Origin: an uncultured Hyphomicrobiales bacterium
Lineage (GTDB): Bacteria > Bacteroidota > Ignavibacteria > Kapaibacteriales > UBA2268
DNA: 64,000 nucleotides
Reading direction: 5' to 3'
Assembly (NCBI GenBank): GCA_964454975.1
Contig: CAYVVD010000008.1
Span: forward strand, 52,915 to 116,914
Shown here: in pieces, positions 1 through 11,176 of the stretch
Layout of the letters: each line of letters starts with the position of its first letter
Numbering within the stretch: position 1 is the first letter of the stretch
Notes under the pieces: generated by a model
Told to the model about the DNA's origin: nothing
What the model saw: the letters and a program-made list of their open reading frames with translations, nothing else
Database searches by the model: none
Position numbers and translations under genes: made by a program

Positions 1-202
1 TTTGAAATATTTTTACTGATAGTAGCCTGGAGTTTGTTGAATTCTTTGTTCATGGAAGGTTAATTAATCCTGTTCATAATATAATAGGTATAATCCCTGT
101 TCATTCTTATACCGCCCATACATGGCTATGGGATACTTCTTAATTCGCTCGGGCTGAAAAAAATAGTTAAACTGCTAATTAGTCTCATTCCTACCCCTTT
201 TA

Positions 203-220
203 TCCCCCGCCAGCGGGGGA
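203..220. terminator. GC-rich hairpin (TCCCCCG-ccag-CGGGGGA), 5 nt beyond the dut stop codon. It is a possible intrinsic or bidirectional terminator, although the U-tract is weak.
   Basis: A 7-bp perfect inverted repeat seen directly in the sequence. It is followed on the + strand by CATTTTAC. Confidence 0.35.
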
Positions 221-224
221 CATT

Positions 225-662
225 TTACACTCCTGTGGAACCGAAGCCGCCCTCGCCGCGGGCGCTTTCCGGCAGCTCGTCGCTTATCTCAAATTCTGCT
301 GTTTCGTGCTTTGCAAATACAAGCTGGGCTATGCGATCTCCGTGATTTATCTCCACAGGTTCTTTGCTGAAATTCGCCAATATTATTTTTACTTCTCCGC
401 GGTAGTCGCTGTCAATCGTACCGGGGGAGTTGAGTGCGAAAATCCCCTGCTTTAACGCGAGGCCGCTTCGTGAGCGCACCTGACATTCATAACCACGTGG
501 GATCGCAATTGCTATTCCCGTAGGCACAAGCTCCACAGCACCCGGGCCAATCACTATCGGGTTTTCCAGGCACGCCCTTATGTCCATGCCTGCAGAGCCG
601 GGAGTGGCATATTCCGGTAGCTTGTAAAGCAATTCGCTTAGTATCTTCGCATTTACTTTCAA
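225..662 (-). CDS. dut: dUTP diphosphatase
   Basis: 145-aa ORF with dUTPase motifs ([21 protein letters not shown]). It overlaps purE by 4 nt. Confidence 0.92.
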   Translation of the reverse strand: MKVNAKILSELLYKLPEYATPGSAGMDIRACLENPIVIGPGAVELVPTGIAIAIPRGYECQVRSRSGLALKQGIFALNSPGTIDSDYRGEVKIILANFSKEPVEINHGDRIAQLVFAKHETAEFEISDELPESARGEGGFGSTGV

Positions 663-1171
663 TCTTCAGGGATGAATATTTCTGTAAAATCGGGTTTGTT
701 ATTTTTCATTCGGGATTCCTCTGCGATGCGCTCTTTGTATGACATCACCTTGTAAAGCAGCTCATCATCACCTGCTGCGAGGATTTGCGCAGCAAGAATA
801 CCTGCATTCTTGCCACCGCCAATAGCTACTGTAGCGACAGGTACGCCGGCAGGCATCTGTACGATGGAATAGAGCGAGTCAATACCGTTCATTGCTTTGC
901 TCTGGACAGGTACACCAATAACAGGAAGCGGGCTGTTTGCGGCTGTCATGCCGGGAAGATGAGCAGCACCACCTGCGGCTGCGATTATCACACGTATTCC
1001 CCTGTTGTGTGCATTCTGCCCAAACTCGGCCATATCCTGCGGAGTCCTGTGAGCAGAAACTACTCTCATTTCATAAGGAATCCCAAACTCCTGCAAAATC
1101 TCAGCGGCGGGCTGCAATGTTGGCAAGTCTGAGTCGCTTCCCATAATAATACTTACTTTTGGCGCTTTCAT
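659..1171 (-). CDS. purE: 5-(carboxyamino)imidazole ribonucleotide mutase
   Basis: 170-aa ORF. The [12 protein letters not shown] and [11 protein letters not shown] motifs are typical of PurE. Confidence 0.92.
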   Translation of the reverse strand: MKAPKVSIIMGSDSDLPTLQPAAEILQEFGIPYEMRVVSAHRTPQDMAEFGQNAHNRGIRVIIAAAGGAAHLPGMTAANSPLPVIGVPVQSKAMNGIDSLYSIVQMPAGVPVATVAIGGGKNAGILAAQILAAGDDELLYKVMSYKERIAEESRMKNNKPDFTEIFIPED

Positions 1172-1321
1172 TTTTTTCCTCTCTTATTGCTTCAATTCGG
1201 ATTTGCTGATTACAGTAATATAAGCAGTACTTCGTTAAAATAGTAAATTTTTGTAATAACTTTGACAGGATTAGCAACACTTTCAGAGTTATTTAATATT
1301 ACTAAATAATAAGGAATAATT

Positions 1322-1738
1322 ATGAAAGCTACACTTAGTTACAAGGGCGGAATGGCGATTGACGGAGATAATGGCAGAGGCCATATCACAAAATTTGACA
1401 CTGTTGAAAAAGTAGGCGGTGAAGATTCAGCAGCTACTCCTATGGAAGTAATGCTCCAGGCAATGGCTGCCTGCTCGTTTATGGATGTTGTTTCCATAAT
1501 CAAAAAGAAACGCAAAACCGTTATAGACCTGACAATTGATGTTGAAGCAGAGAGAGCAGAAAAGCATCCAATGGTATTTACAAAAGTCCACTTGCATTAT
1601 ACCCTGAAATCACCTGATGCAGAGCTGAAAGACGTCGAGCGTGCAGCAATGCTTTCGCAGACAACATACTGTGGGGCTTCAGCGATGTTCCAACGTTCCG
1701 GTTGCGAGGTAACATACGACTGCGAAGCAGTCCGGTGA
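1322..1738 (+). CDS. OsmC/Ohr family peroxiredoxin-like protein
   Basis: 138-aa ORF with an OsmC-family signature (GGEDSAATPMEVMLQAMAACS, conserved Cys pair). Confidence 0.8.
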   Translation: MKATLSYKGGMAIDGDNGRGHITKFDTVEKVGGEDSAATPMEVMLQAMAACSFMDVVSIIKKKRKTVIDLTIDVEAERAEKHPMVFTKVHLHYTLKSPDAELKDVERAAMLSQTTYCGASAMFQRSGCEVTYDCEAVR

Positions 1739-1805
1739 TAATATTTAATTCATTGGTTTTGGCTGTACGCTTTAGTAACTTAGAAGTTTATATAAAGAAG
1801 GTTAA

Positions 1806-3608
1806 ATGAAAAACTTTCGTAACTTTTGCATAATAGCCCATATTGACCATGGCAAATCCACGTTGGCAGACCGCCTGCTGGAACGAACGGGCAGGGTTAC
1901 GAAACGCGAGATGGTTATGAATCAGATACTGGATGATAATCCACTCGAACAGGAGCGTGGCATCACAATTAAGCTGCACGCCATCCAGATGGACTACAAG
2001 GCAAAAGACGGAAACGAATATGTACTTAACCTGATTGATACTCCTGGCCACGTTGACTTCAGTTACGAAGTTTCACGATCGCTGCGCGCATGCGAAGGAG
2101 CCCTGCTTGTGGTTGACGCTACCCAGGGCATTGAAGCCCAGACAATCAGCAATTTATATCTCGCAATAGATGCCGACCTGGAGATTATTCCAGTAATAAA
2201 CAAGATTGACCTTCCAAGCGCCGAAACTACGCTGGAAAACGTAAAGCACCAGATAATGGAGCTTATCGGCTGCGACGAGGATGAAATACTGCTTGCATCA
2301 GCAAAGCAGGGTACAGGAATTGATGAAATCCTCGAACGGATTGTAAAAAAGATTCATTCTCCAAAGGGAGACGAGCAAGCTCCTCTCAGAGCCCTGATAT
2401 ACGATTCAATCTTTGACTCTTACCGTGGTGTGATTGTAAACCTGCGGATTTTTGACGGCATATTGCGTGAGAGTGACAAAGTCCACTTCATGCAGACAGG
2501 AAAGACCTACGAGGTTGAAGAAGTCGGCATTATGTTTTTGAAGCGTAAACAAACTGGTGAACTAAAGGCCGGAAATGTCGGATATTTCACTGCGAGCATC
2601 AGGAATTTACAGGATACAAAAGTAGGCGATACCGTAACACATGATAAACGCCGGTGCGAAAAACCCATACCCGGCTTCCGAGAAGTAAAGCCAATGGTAT
2701 TCAGCGGAATATACCCTGCGGATGCCGATGATTTTGAATCGCTGAGGGAATCACTTGCCAAGCTTGTATTAAATGATTCAGCAATCTCTTATGAACCGGA
2801 GACATCAAAAGCTCTTGGCTTTGGCTTCCGTTGCGGTTTTCTTGGCCTGCTTCATATGGAGATTGTCCAGGAACGCCTGGAACGTGAATTTGGAGAGACT
2901 ATTGTTACAACAGTCCCCAATGTTCGTTATACCGTTATCAAATCAAAAGGCGAATCTGAAAAGGTGGACAACCCGGCTCAGCTGCCACCACCCGGTGAAG
3001 TTATTGAAATTCACGAGCCGTATATTAAAGCCCAGATAATTACTCCGACAGATTATATTGGCAATATAATGAAGCTATGTATGGACAGGCGCGGCAATGT
3101 ACTCAACACGGTTTACCTGTCAATAGACAGGGTTGACCTGACATACGAGCTCCCTCTTGCAGAGGTTGTTTTCGATTTTTACGACAAGCTGAAATCAACA
3201 ACCCGTGGATATGCATCGCTTGATTATGAGTTCATCGAAAACAGGAAATCAGACCTCGTTAAGCTGGATATTATGCTCAACGCTGAACCGGTAGATGCGC
3301 TTTCATCAATCGTTCACCGTACAAAGGCTTATGAATGGGGTAAAAAGCTATGCTCCAAGCTTAAGGATTTGATACCGCGGCAGATGTTCGAAGTAATTAT
3401 ACAGGCCTCCATCGGCGCTAAAGTGATTGCTCGAACAACAGTAAAAGCAATGAGGAAAAACGTAACAGCCAAGTGTTATGGTGGTGATATTACACGAAAA
3501 AGAAAGCTCCTCGAGAAACAAAAAGAGGGCAAAAAACGTATGAAACAGGTAGGGAATGTGGAAATACCACAGGAAGCCTTTCTTGCAGTATTAAGTATAG
3601 AAGATTAA
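1806..3608 (+). CDS. lepA: Translation elongation factor 4 (LepA)
   Basis: 600-aa ORF. It has the G-domain [10 protein letters not shown] and DTPGHVDF motifs, and a LepA C-terminal region. Confidence 0.97.
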   Translation: MKNFRNFCIIAHIDHGKSTLADRLLERTGRVTKREMVMNQILDDNPLEQERGITIKLHAIQMDYKAKDGNEYVLNLIDTPGHVDFSYEVSRSLRACEGALLVVDATQGIEAQTISNLYLAIDADLEIIPVINKIDLPSAETTLENVKHQIMELIGCDEDEILLASAKQGTGIDEILERIVKKIHSPKGDEQAPLRALIYDSIFDSYRGVIVNLRIFDGILRESDKVHFMQTGKTYEVEEVGIMFLKRKQTGELKAGNVGYFTASIRNLQDTKVGDTVTHDKRRCEKPIPGFREVKPMVFSGIYPADADDFESLRESLAKLVLNDSAISYEPETSKALGFGFRCGFLGLLHMEIVQERLEREFGETIVTTVPNVRYTVIKSKGESEKVDNPAQLPPPGEVIEIHEPYIKAQIITPTDYIGNIMKLCMDRRGNVLNTVYLSIDRVDLTYELPLAEVVFDFYDKLKSTTRGYASLDYEFIENRKSDLVKLDIMLNAEPVDALSSIVHRTKAYEWGKKLCSKLKDLIPRQMFEVIIQASIGAKVIARTTVKAMRKNVTAKCYGGDITRKRKLLEKQKEGKKRMKQVGNVEIPQEAFLAVLSIED

Positions 3609-3609
3609 A

Positions 3610-4521
3610 ATGGCAGCTAAAAAAACACGTAGAAAACCGGCTCGGAAAGAGTCGTTCGCAGACCAGGTGGTATCTTTTGCAAAAACAATCATTGGTGCAA
3701 TTATTATCGTAATGTTTATAAACGGTGCCGCTATTGCCTCATTCGTTGTTCCGACACCTTCAATGGAAAATACGGTTATGACCGGTGATTTCCTGTTTGT
3801 GAACAAATTTCTCTATGGACCCACCACCCCACAGGTGATCCCGTTTGTAAACATACCTCTGCCTTATTTTAAGTTTCCCGGTATTCGCGAGCCGGAAAAA
3901 GGAGATGTTATAGTATTTGTTTATCCCGGAAACCGCGATGAAATCGAACCGGATGAATTCCAATATTACCTGAAACGTTGTGTTGCAACCCAGGGGGATA
4001 CGCTTGAAATAACAGACAAAACAATTTATGTAAACGGTGTTAAATACGAACTCCCCGAGCATGGAAAGTTTTTCGACAGGACTGAAAGGCTGGCATCTTT
4101 TCCACCGAGCACCGAATTTACCCTTGATAATTATGGGCCTATTGCAATTCCTTACGAAGGAATGAAAGTACCATTAAGAACGCTTAAAGATTTTCATAAA
4201 TGGTCTGTTCTTATCCAGAGGGAAGGCCACGAAGTGAGTTTTGGTACGGACAGAAGCATAAAAATTGACGGCAAAACCGCTGATGAATATACTATTGAAA
4301 GGGATTATGTATTTGGTATGGGTGACAATCGCGATAACAGCGAGGACAGCCGTACATGGGGCTTTATTCCCAAAGAAAATGTAGTCGGCACACCTATCAT
4401 GGTTTACTGGTCATGGCCGGTGAGCGATTCCAGGCACGGCATTCAAAAATCATTCCTGGAGGAATTACCCGATAAACTTGCAAACATTAAATGGCACCGT
4501 ATCGGTACTATGATAAGATAG
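3610..4521 (+). CDS. lepB: Signal peptidase I
   Basis: Sits 2 nt after lepA, the classic lepA-lepB arrangement. Has an N-terminal TM helix plus the SMENT and GDNRDNSEDSR boxes. Confidence 0.93.
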   Translation: MAAKKTRRKPARKESFADQVVSFAKTIIGAIIIVMFINGAAIASFVVPTPSMENTVMTGDFLFVNKFLYGPTTPQVIPFVNIPLPYFKFPGIREPEKGDVIVFVYPGNRDEIEPDEFQYYLKRCVATQGDTLEITDKTIYVNGVKYELPEHGKFFDRTERLASFPPSTEFTLDNYGPIAIPYEGMKVPLRTLKDFHKWSVLIQREGHEVSFGTDRSIKIDGKTADEYTIERDYVFGMGDNRDNSEDSRTWGFIPKENVVGTPIMVYWSWPVSDSRHGIQKSFLEELPDKLANIKWHRIGTMIR

Positions 4522-4618
4522 GCGGAAAGATAAAAACTAATTTAATCAAACGAAGAATGTGCAGGGGCGGATTCAATAACCGCAACAGTTTAAGCACCTT
4601 ACTCAGCATCACGAATAA

Positions 4619-5551
4619 TCAGAGATTTTGAAGTTCATACGTGTAGGATGAAACAGATGATTGATTCTCAATTAGATGTCTTTGGATATACTGGCCGCAG
4701 TTGCTTCCAATATTATTTTCTTCATATACGCCTTCGCTAATTAGCACCTCGAAACCTTGCTTTCTTAATATTTCTGCCTTTTCTGCAATTGACCTGGAAT
4801 CAAAATCCCGGCTTAGATTATTCTGTTGTGCCGAATATGTAGGATTAATCGGGGTTAGTTTTAAGAGAAATATATCAGGACTAAAATTATTGACAAGGGT
4901 TTCTGACTCAATCAACTGTCCATTGTTCCCCGCAAAATTAAGAGCTATCTTTCGCCCGCCTTTATCAAAGAATTTACTTCCATAATCGGCTATTTCCCGT
5001 AAATCCCACTTCTTAACCGGTATCAACCGGTCTCGGATGACTGTATCTGTTGCATGGATTGAAAATTGTAGCTGAAAATTAAGTGGGTACTTTTCCTTTT
5101 TTATATCCAGGAGTCTTGCAAAAAAATTCTCTTTCCCTGAAGGTGCAATTGTTGATATGCAGGGCATTAGCCCGGGTGCATTGTATTTCGTTGGCAGGGC
5201 TTCCAGAACATCTAATATCGAGTTGTTAAAAGCAGGTTCACCCATTCGTGCAAATTGAATTTTGAATTTTTCACAGGGTATGGTTCCATCAGGAAACCGG
5301 TTCTTAACCATGTATTCAATTTGTGCAATTATATTTTCGGCATCTATCCTACCCCTGTAATAATAATTTGCATCGCAAAATTTGCATTTAACAGGGCATC
5401 CGTATAGCGTTGATACAATCAATACCCATTTTTTAAGCCGTGGTAGCGGTGGTTCGAGGGACTCAACAAACTCAGTCAATTCGCCGTTGCCGGTTTCAGC
5501 GATATAGACAATTGCAATATCTTCCCTGCCTGTCTTTTTTATTACCTTCAC
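4619..5551 (-). CDS. Radical SAM protein (CPVKCKFC = CxxxCxxC cluster motif), function unknown
   Basis: 310-aa ORF with a canonical radical-SAM cysteine triad. Its start overlaps the upstream oxidoreductase stop by 4 nt. Confidence 0.7.
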   Translation of the reverse strand: MKVIKKTGREDIAIVYIAETGNGELTEFVESLEPPLPRLKKWVLIVSTLYGCPVKCKFCDANYYYRGRIDAENIIAQIEYMVKNRFPDGTIPCEKFKIQFARMGEPAFNNSILDVLEALPTKYNAPGLMPCISTIAPSGKENFFARLLDIKKEKYPLNFQLQFSIHATDTVIRDRLIPVKKWDLREIADYGSKFFDKGGRKIALNFAGNNGQLIESETLVNNFSPDIFLLKLTPINPTYSAQQNNLSRDFDSRSIAEKAEILRKQGFEVLISEGVYEENNIGSNCGQYIQRHLIENQSSVSSYTYELQNL

Positions 5552-6435
5552 TCTTGCCTGTCCCTAAGAAGTTTGTTAATCTCCATCGCACATTTCATCC
5601 CGTCCCCAACAGCAATTGATACTTGCCTGTATCCATAATTTTTTACGTCGCCTGCTATGTATAAACGCCCGCTCGTTTTCAATTCATCTAATCTTTCACA
5701 AACAGTAGTTGTAAAAAAATCAATTTTAGACTTTTTACCGGTCGCAAATAACAGGTATGATATAGCGAGTTCTTTTATTTTATTATTTGAACTGTCCCTG
5801 ATTTTCAGAATCAAACCACTATTATTCATATGTAAGCTTTCAACGGCTGAGCTTTCTATTAATGAGATATTGGAAGATGCCAATGCTCTGTCTTTTAATA
5901 TTGGCAGGCATTTTGTGGTATTACTCCTGTTGATAATTAATACTGTATTATTCCTGGCTAAGTTTAAAGCATAATCAAAAGCTACGTCGCCTGCTCCAAG
6001 AATCGCTATAATTTTATCTGAGACTGCCGCTAACCCGGCAATCTCGTGATAAACCCTGGCTGAGCAATCGTCGGGAATATATATATCAGGTTCTTTTGGG
6101 CTTGCACCACAAGCAATCACAACCAATCCGGCATTATAAATATTCCGTTCTGACTTAATTATAAATTCTTCATTCTCATAATTAAGTTCAATCACTTCCT
6201 CCTTAATGAAATCTATATCAAATTTCATTAGATGCCTGTTTAATAACTCAGCCAGCGAGGGTCCGGAAATACCATCGGGAAAGCCTGGATAATTTTCAAT
6301 CAGATTGGCATTTATTACACTACCTCCCGGTTTATTTCTCTCGAACAGGACAAAGTCAATTCCATATCTATTTAATTGTACTGCTGCAGTTATTCCGGCA
6401 GGGCCGGCGCCGATGATTGCGGCTCTATGCCTCAT
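5548..6435 (-). CDS. NAD(P)/FAD-dependent oxidoreductase (thioredoxin-reductase-like fold)
   Basis: 295-aa ORF with two Rossmann dinucleotide motifs: GAGPAG for FAD and GAGDVA for NAD(P). Overlaps its neighbours on both sides. Confidence 0.75.
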   Translation of the reverse strand: MRHRAAIIGAGPAGITAAVQLNRYGIDFVLFERNKPGGSVINANLIENYPGFPDGISGPSLAELLNRHLMKFDIDFIKEEVIELNYENEEFIIKSERNIYNAGLVVIACGASPKEPDIYIPDDCSARVYHEIAGLAAVSDKIIAILGAGDVAFDYALNLARNNTVLIINRSNTTKCLPILKDRALASSNISLIESSAVESLHMNNSGLILKIRDSSNNKIKELAISYLLFATGKKSKIDFFTTTVCERLDELKTSGRLYIAGDVKNYGYRQVSIAVGDGMKCAMEINKLLRDRQE

Positions 6436-7090
6436 TTTCAGCTTCCAGATTACGTAATATGTCTTTTCCGGTCACGGGGATTGCGAATCCATGAGAGAGA
6501 TTATACAGGGCTGACATGTGAAAAGTCTCATTATATGTTGCAGTACAATCAACAGGAAAGAAAACGAAGTACCCTCTTGTAAATGCAGCCCTGGCGGTAG
6601 TTTCGCAGCAGAGATTTGTAAGTACGCCTGTAATTACAAGTTGCGAAACATCCTTGCTTTTCAGGAAATCATCAAGATTTGTTTCGAGGAAAGCATCATA
6701 CCGGGATTTGATTATAACTGTGGTATTATAGCGAGAGAGTTCCGGTATGATTTCACTTAATGTATTTTCCTCTTTTATAGAATCTTGCCACCATTTTTTC
6801 ATCATCGAATTACTGTTTTCATAATCAATGTGCCTTGTAAATACAACCGGGCGGCCATTTCCAATAAATCCATCAACTAATTTTTTAATATTCGGAATGA
6901 TAGCATCGGCGCCCGGAACGCAGGCATGAGAGCTTTTATCCAAAAAAAAGCTCTGCATGTCAATGACAAGCAAAGCAGAATTTTTAACTTCAAACGAATA
7001 AGCCAGCCTTCTTTTTATCGGTTCTAATTGCCAAAGCCAGTTTTCTGCTTTTTCCTCGAGATTTTCTTTATTAAAATATTGCTCTTTCAA
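6425..7090 (-). CDS. Isochorismatase-family cysteine hydrolase
   Basis: 221-aa ORF with LLVIDMQSFF and a VITGVLTNLCCETTARAA catalytic-Cys region. Confidence 0.8.
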   Translation of the reverse strand: MKEQYFNKENLEEKAENWLWQLEPIKRRLAYSFEVKNSALLVIDMQSFFLDKSSHACVPGADAIIPNIKKLVDGFIGNGRPVVFTRHIDYENSNSMMKKWWQDSIKEENTLSEIIPELSRYNTTVIIKSRYDAFLETNLDDFLKSKDVSQLVITGVLTNLCCETTARAAFTRGYFVFFPVDCTATYNETFHMSALYNLSHGFAIPVTGKDILRNLEAENEA

Positions 7091-7134
7091 CTATATGATT
7101 CATTCACAAATTCAATGTTTAATTCTAAATAGAA

Positions 7135-8316
7135 TCAGCTTTTCCCGTTGCGTTTTATTACATCGCGTGCTATAACCAGCTTCTGAATTTCGTTAGTACC
7201 TTCAAATATTCTATTGATGCGGCTATCACGGTAGAAGCGCTCAATCGGTAATTCCTTGGAATAACCCATGCCACCGTGAATTTGCATTGCCAAATCCACG
7301 CATTTATCTGCAAGCTCCGAGCAAACCAGTTTGACAATTGCTGACTCGCGCGAAGTCATTGTTTTATTATCGTACTTAGCCGCTGTGCGGTAAACAATAG
7401 ATTCTGCGATATAGACCGAAGCAGCCATTTCAGCGAGCATGAACTGAACAGCTTCGAAGTTCGCAATCGGTTCGTTGAACTGCTTGCGTGTTTTGGCATA
7501 ATTGGTGGAAAGTTCGAGAAGCTCCTTGCATGCGCCCATGCATGCAGCGCCAAGCCCAAGCCTGCCGGCATCAAGTGTTTTCATTGCCACGAGAAAGCCC
7601 CTTCCTTCTGTACCAATCATATTCTCTTCGGGCACGCGGACGTTATCGAACATAATAGTTGATGTCTGGCTGCCCTTTATGCCCATCTTCTTTTCCGGTG
7701 CACCGCTGGAGAAGCCTTTCATTTCACGCTCAACAACAAAACCGGTTATTCCCCTGCTTGTTCGTGCATAAACCGAGAAAATATCAGCAATCGGGCCGTT
7801 GGTAATCCACATCTTTTCGCCGTTGATTATCCACTCGTTTCCGTCTTTAACAGCTTTTGTACGCAGGTTGAAAGCATCAGAGCCGGCGCCGGCTTCTGTA
7901 AGACCGTAAGCTGCAATTTTCTCGCCTTGTGCAAGCGGCACAACATACTTTTGCTTCAGTTCCTCGCTGCCACCGATATATATTGAGTTCGTACCGATGG
8001 ACACATGCGCGCCGATGAAAGTAGCTGTGGACAGGCATGCACGTGCGATTTCTTCCTGAACAATGCAATAGCCTGTTTCGCCGAAGCCGCTTCCGCCATA
8101 CTCGGGAGGAAAGCATACGCCGAGTATTCCAAGCTCGCCGATTTTCTTAACAATTTCATCGGGGATTTTTTCATCGTCGTCAATTTTATGGGCGATAGGT
8201 TTAAGCTCATTTTCAGCAAAGTCGCGCACCATTTCGCGCAGCATTACTTGTTCCTCGGTAAAATTCAGGTCCATAGCAGCTTCCGGTAATGAAACATCAA
8301 AGCCAAAAATCGGCAA
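7135..8316 (-). CDS. Acyl-CoA dehydrogenase
   Basis: 393-aa ORF with the full ACAD architecture. The [11 protein letters not shown] motif and the C-terminal catalytic Glu region are present. Confidence 0.92.
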   Translation of the reverse strand: MPIFGFDVSLPEAAMDLNFTEEQVMLREMVRDFAENELKPIAHKIDDDEKIPDEIVKKIGELGILGVCFPPEYGGSGFGETGYCIVQEEIARACLSTATFIGAHVSIGTNSIYIGGSEELKQKYVVPLAQGEKIAAYGLTEAGAGSDAFNLRTKAVKDGNEWIINGEKMWITNGPIADIFSVYARTSRGITGFVVEREMKGFSSGAPEKKMGIKGSQTSTIMFDNVRVPEENMIGTEGRGFLVAMKTLDAGRLGLGAACMGACKELLELSTNYAKTRKQFNEPIANFEAVQFMLAEMAASVYIAESIVYRTAAKYDNKTMTSRESAIVKLVCSELADKCVDLAMQIHGGMGYSKELPIERFYRDSRINRIFEGTNEIQKLVIARDVIKRNGKS

Positions 8317-8692
8317 ATGGCAATTTATGACACTCAGGTTAATAATTCAATTAGCAATTTTTCATTATTTTAGGTTAGGAGCATTAGGAATGGACGGTTT
8401 TAAAAATTTTTAAAAAATAAATATGTAAAGCCGCACACCTATTCGGCTCTCCAAAAGCGGCGGATGCTTTTTTTTTCATTACACGGACATTGTCAACTAC
8501 ATTAATGAAGTGCTGAAGCTTTTTCAGGCTACAACACTTTCATAAGTAATTAAAAAAGTTTATTATACTTCTATTTCCATCCTTCCTTAAACAAAATACT
8601 TTTATTTACGAGTGAAAATTGTTAAGTTAATGCAATAACCCATTAGAATATATTTAGTTTAAGTATTAAATAACAAATTGCGGAGCCGGCAA

Positions 8693-9583
8693 ATGGCGGA
8701 ATTAAATCTACAGGGTACTTTCCCGGCCCTTGTTACCCCTTTTAACGAGGACCTCTCAATTGATTTCGGAGCGTTCGAAAAGCTGATTGATTTCCAGATT
8801 GAAAACGGCGTGGAAGGCATTGTTGTATGCGGCTCCACAGGCGAAAGTGCTACACTTTCCGCCAAGGAAAAAACATCGCTGTTTGTTAAAGCTGTCGAGC
8901 ACGTTGACGGCAGGATTCAGGTTATTGCAGGAACCGGTTCCAACAATACGCAGGATAGCATTGCCCTGACAAAAATCGCACAGGAGCATGGCGCTGATGC
9001 AGTACTGCTTGTCACACCTTACTACAACAAACCAACGCAGGTCGGCCTCTTCCAGCACTTCCTGGCGATTTCCGAGCATGCCGATATTCCTCAGATCATT
9101 TATAACGTACCGGGCAGGACAGCTACAAACATCAGCCCGGAAACACAGATTAAAATTGCAGAGGAATGCAACAATGTTGTTGCAACAAAGGAAGCTTCGG
9201 GTAACCTCGAGCAGATGATGTACATTTTGAAGTATGCACCCGAAGGCTTCTCTTTGCTTTCAGGCGATGATGTGCTCACTCTGCCAATCATTTCTGTAGG
9301 AGGAACAGGTGTTATATCTGTAATTGGCAATTACGCACCGAAAGAATTCGGCAGTTGTGTTCGAAATGCACTCGATGGCAACTGGCAGGAAGCGCTCGAC
9401 CTGCACTACAGGCTGTTCGACTTGATGCAATTAAACTTTGTTGAGACAAATCCCGTGCCGGTGAAAGCCGCTCTTGCGATGTTGGGTATGATGAATGAAT
9501 ACTACAGGCTGCCAATGATACCAATGAACCCGGAAAACAAAGGTGCCCTCAGAAAAGCAATGGGCAGAGCCGGCTTGTTATAA
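8693..9583 (+). CDS. dapA: 4-hydroxy-tetrahydrodipicolinate synthase
   Basis: DapA hallmarks (TPF, GVEGIVVCGSTGE, YNVPGRT). The ATG at 8693 is preferred over the upstream TTG at 8678. Confidence 0.93.
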   Translation: MAELNLQGTFPALVTPFNEDLSIDFGAFEKLIDFQIENGVEGIVVCGSTGESATLSAKEKTSLFVKAVEHVDGRIQVIAGTGSNNTQDSIALTKIAQEHGADAVLLVTPYYNKPTQVGLFQHFLAISEHADIPQIIYNVPGRTATNISPETQIKIAEECNNVVATKEASGNLEQMMYILKYAPEGFSLLSGDDVLTLPIISVGGTGVISVIGNYAPKEFGSCVRNALDGNWQEALDLHYRLFDLMQLNFVETNPVPVKAALAMLGMMNEYYRLPMIPMNPENKGALRKAMGRAGLL

Positions 9584-9657
9584 TCAACTTGCAGTTTCAG
9601 GCAAATAGTTTAATTTTGGACCGGGTAATTTGCCCGGTTTTTTATTTGGGGGAGATA

Positions 9658-10905
9658 ATGGAGCAGCAAATACTCAATCAGCGCGAAGCATACAAACTGA
9701 TTGAAAAAATTACTTCAGGGACTTTCAATGGCGAATTGGATTTACTAAAGACTCTTGTCAATGAAATCATACAACATTCGAATTTTGAGATTGAAGGTGG
9801 CAGAATCTGGAGTCTAAACCCGGAAAGCAATTCATATAAGCTGATTTACCAGCACGGCAGGGTAAATAAAATTCCTGATGGTTACGAAATAAAAATAGAA
9901 GGTCACGATGTTTTCAGTACGCTTATCAGTGAGAGGGCTGTATTACGCCGCGAAACTGACGGGCTGCTCCGCGAGAAGGGAATCCGGCTTTATTCGCTTA
10001 CAGGTGTAGGCAAGATTATTCCTGCAGGTAAGGATCGCTACTATAAATATGCTCTTGGCTTTAACTCGGAGAAAATAAGCGAGACCTTCGACGAAATTTT
10101 GTCGATTATAAGCAGTGTAGCTACTATTGCGCTGAGCAATCTTTCTGTAGAAGCCCGGCAGAAAAAAATCAGCAGGGATTTAGTAAAAGCATCCGAAATT
10201 CAAAACAATCTGCTGCCTGAGCATTATCTGGAGTTCCACGATTACAAAATATTCGGTATATGTGTTCCGGATGATGCCGTTGGAGGAGATTACTTCGATT
10301 ATATCAAAAGCCCTGAAAATGAGGAAGAACGCCTCAGTGTGCTGATAAGTGATGCAGCAAGCAAGGGGCTGCCTGCTGCAATCCAGGCGCTTTTTGTGTC
10401 CGGGGCAATTCGCATGGGACTTGCTTTCTCAGCGAGGATTAGCCAGTTGCTAACCTACCTCAATAATCTCATATACTACACATTCCCTTATGAGCGGTTT
10501 GTTACACTATTCTATTGTGAATTGACTCTCTCTTCAAACAGGCTCGTACTATACTCAAATGCGGGACATTGCGAGCCGATTCACTACAAGCCCAGTCATG
10601 AGAGCATAAAACAATTGCCCGCAACAGGGGGGTTATTGGGAATACTTAAAAACCAACACTTTTCACTCGAAAACATTCGCATGGACCATGGGGATGTGCT
10701 GGTACTCTACACAGACGGAATATCCGAAGCACAGAACGGTGATGGTGATTTTTACGGTACTAGCCGAATAGAAAACATGGTAAAAGAGCATTACAAAAAA
10801 GATGTGAAATCACTTGCTTACTTGCTTTTGGAGGACGTGCAGAAATATTCGGTTAATTCGCCATACTCGGATGACAAAACAATTGTTGTTATCAAAAGAG
10901 ACTAA
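9658..10905 (+). CDS. GAF-domain sensor fused to a PP2C/SpoIIE-type serine phosphatase (RsbU-like)
   Basis: The C-terminal SpoIIE/PP2C domain carries GGDYFDY, LISDAASKGLPAA and DGISEA. An N-terminal GAF-like region precedes it. Start is taken at MEQQIL, which follows a GGGGAG sequence. Confidence 0.8.
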   Translation: MEQQILNQREAYKLIEKITSGTFNGELDLLKTLVNEIIQHSNFEIEGGRIWSLNPESNSYKLIYQHGRVNKIPDGYEIKIEGHDVFSTLISERAVLRRETDGLLREKGIRLYSLTGVGKIIPAGKDRYYKYALGFNSEKISETFDEILSIISSVATIALSNLSVEARQKKISRDLVKASEIQNNLLPEHYLEFHDYKIFGICVPDDAVGGDYFDYIKSPENEEERLSVLISDAASKGLPAAIQALFVSGAIRMGLAFSARISQLLTYLNNLIYYTFPYERFVTLFYCELTLSSNRLVLYSNAGHCEPIHYKPSHESIKQLPATGGLLGILKNQHFSLENIRMDHGDVLVLYTDGISEAQNGDGDFYGTSRIENMVKEHYKKDVKSLAYLLLEDVQKYSVNSPYSDDKTIVVIKRD

Positions 10906-11176
10906 ATCAATTAAGAATTTAGAATTGCCCCTGACTAAAATAGGTTGACTTAATATTAATTCAAAGCTAATTAATGGTACAACGTGTGTCTCCTGCTGAG
11001 GGGTGTCTCCCAAGGAGACAGGAGTGGAAAATTAGAATAACAATTTGAATTCATCCCGAAGGTTTCCAAGGCTCCTATGGAAAATGCCTTTAACAAGGTA
11101 TTTTATTGAATTGTTTGATGTAAAAAATCAACGTAACATGTCGTTAGAACAATTCTTGTTTTTTCATTTTCCAATA

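Noticed and set aside
1-53. Possible 5' end of a minus-strand gene (MNKEFNKLQATISKNIS...) running off the left edge
   Set aside because: Only 17 codons are visible, which is not enough to call a gene or a product.
785-1146. Two + strand ORFs (115 and 69 aa) inside purE
   Set aside because: They lie fully antisense to a well-supported purE coding region. The sequences are low-complexity and Cys/Arg-rich, as expected for the antisense frame of a GC-richer gene.
8430-8475. AAAGCGGCGGATGC followed by a T9 run in the acyl-CoA-DH / dapA divergent region. Could be an sRNA terminator.
   Set aside because: The upstream sequence lacks a convincing complementary stem. A T-run alone in an AT-rich promoter region is not evidence of a terminator.
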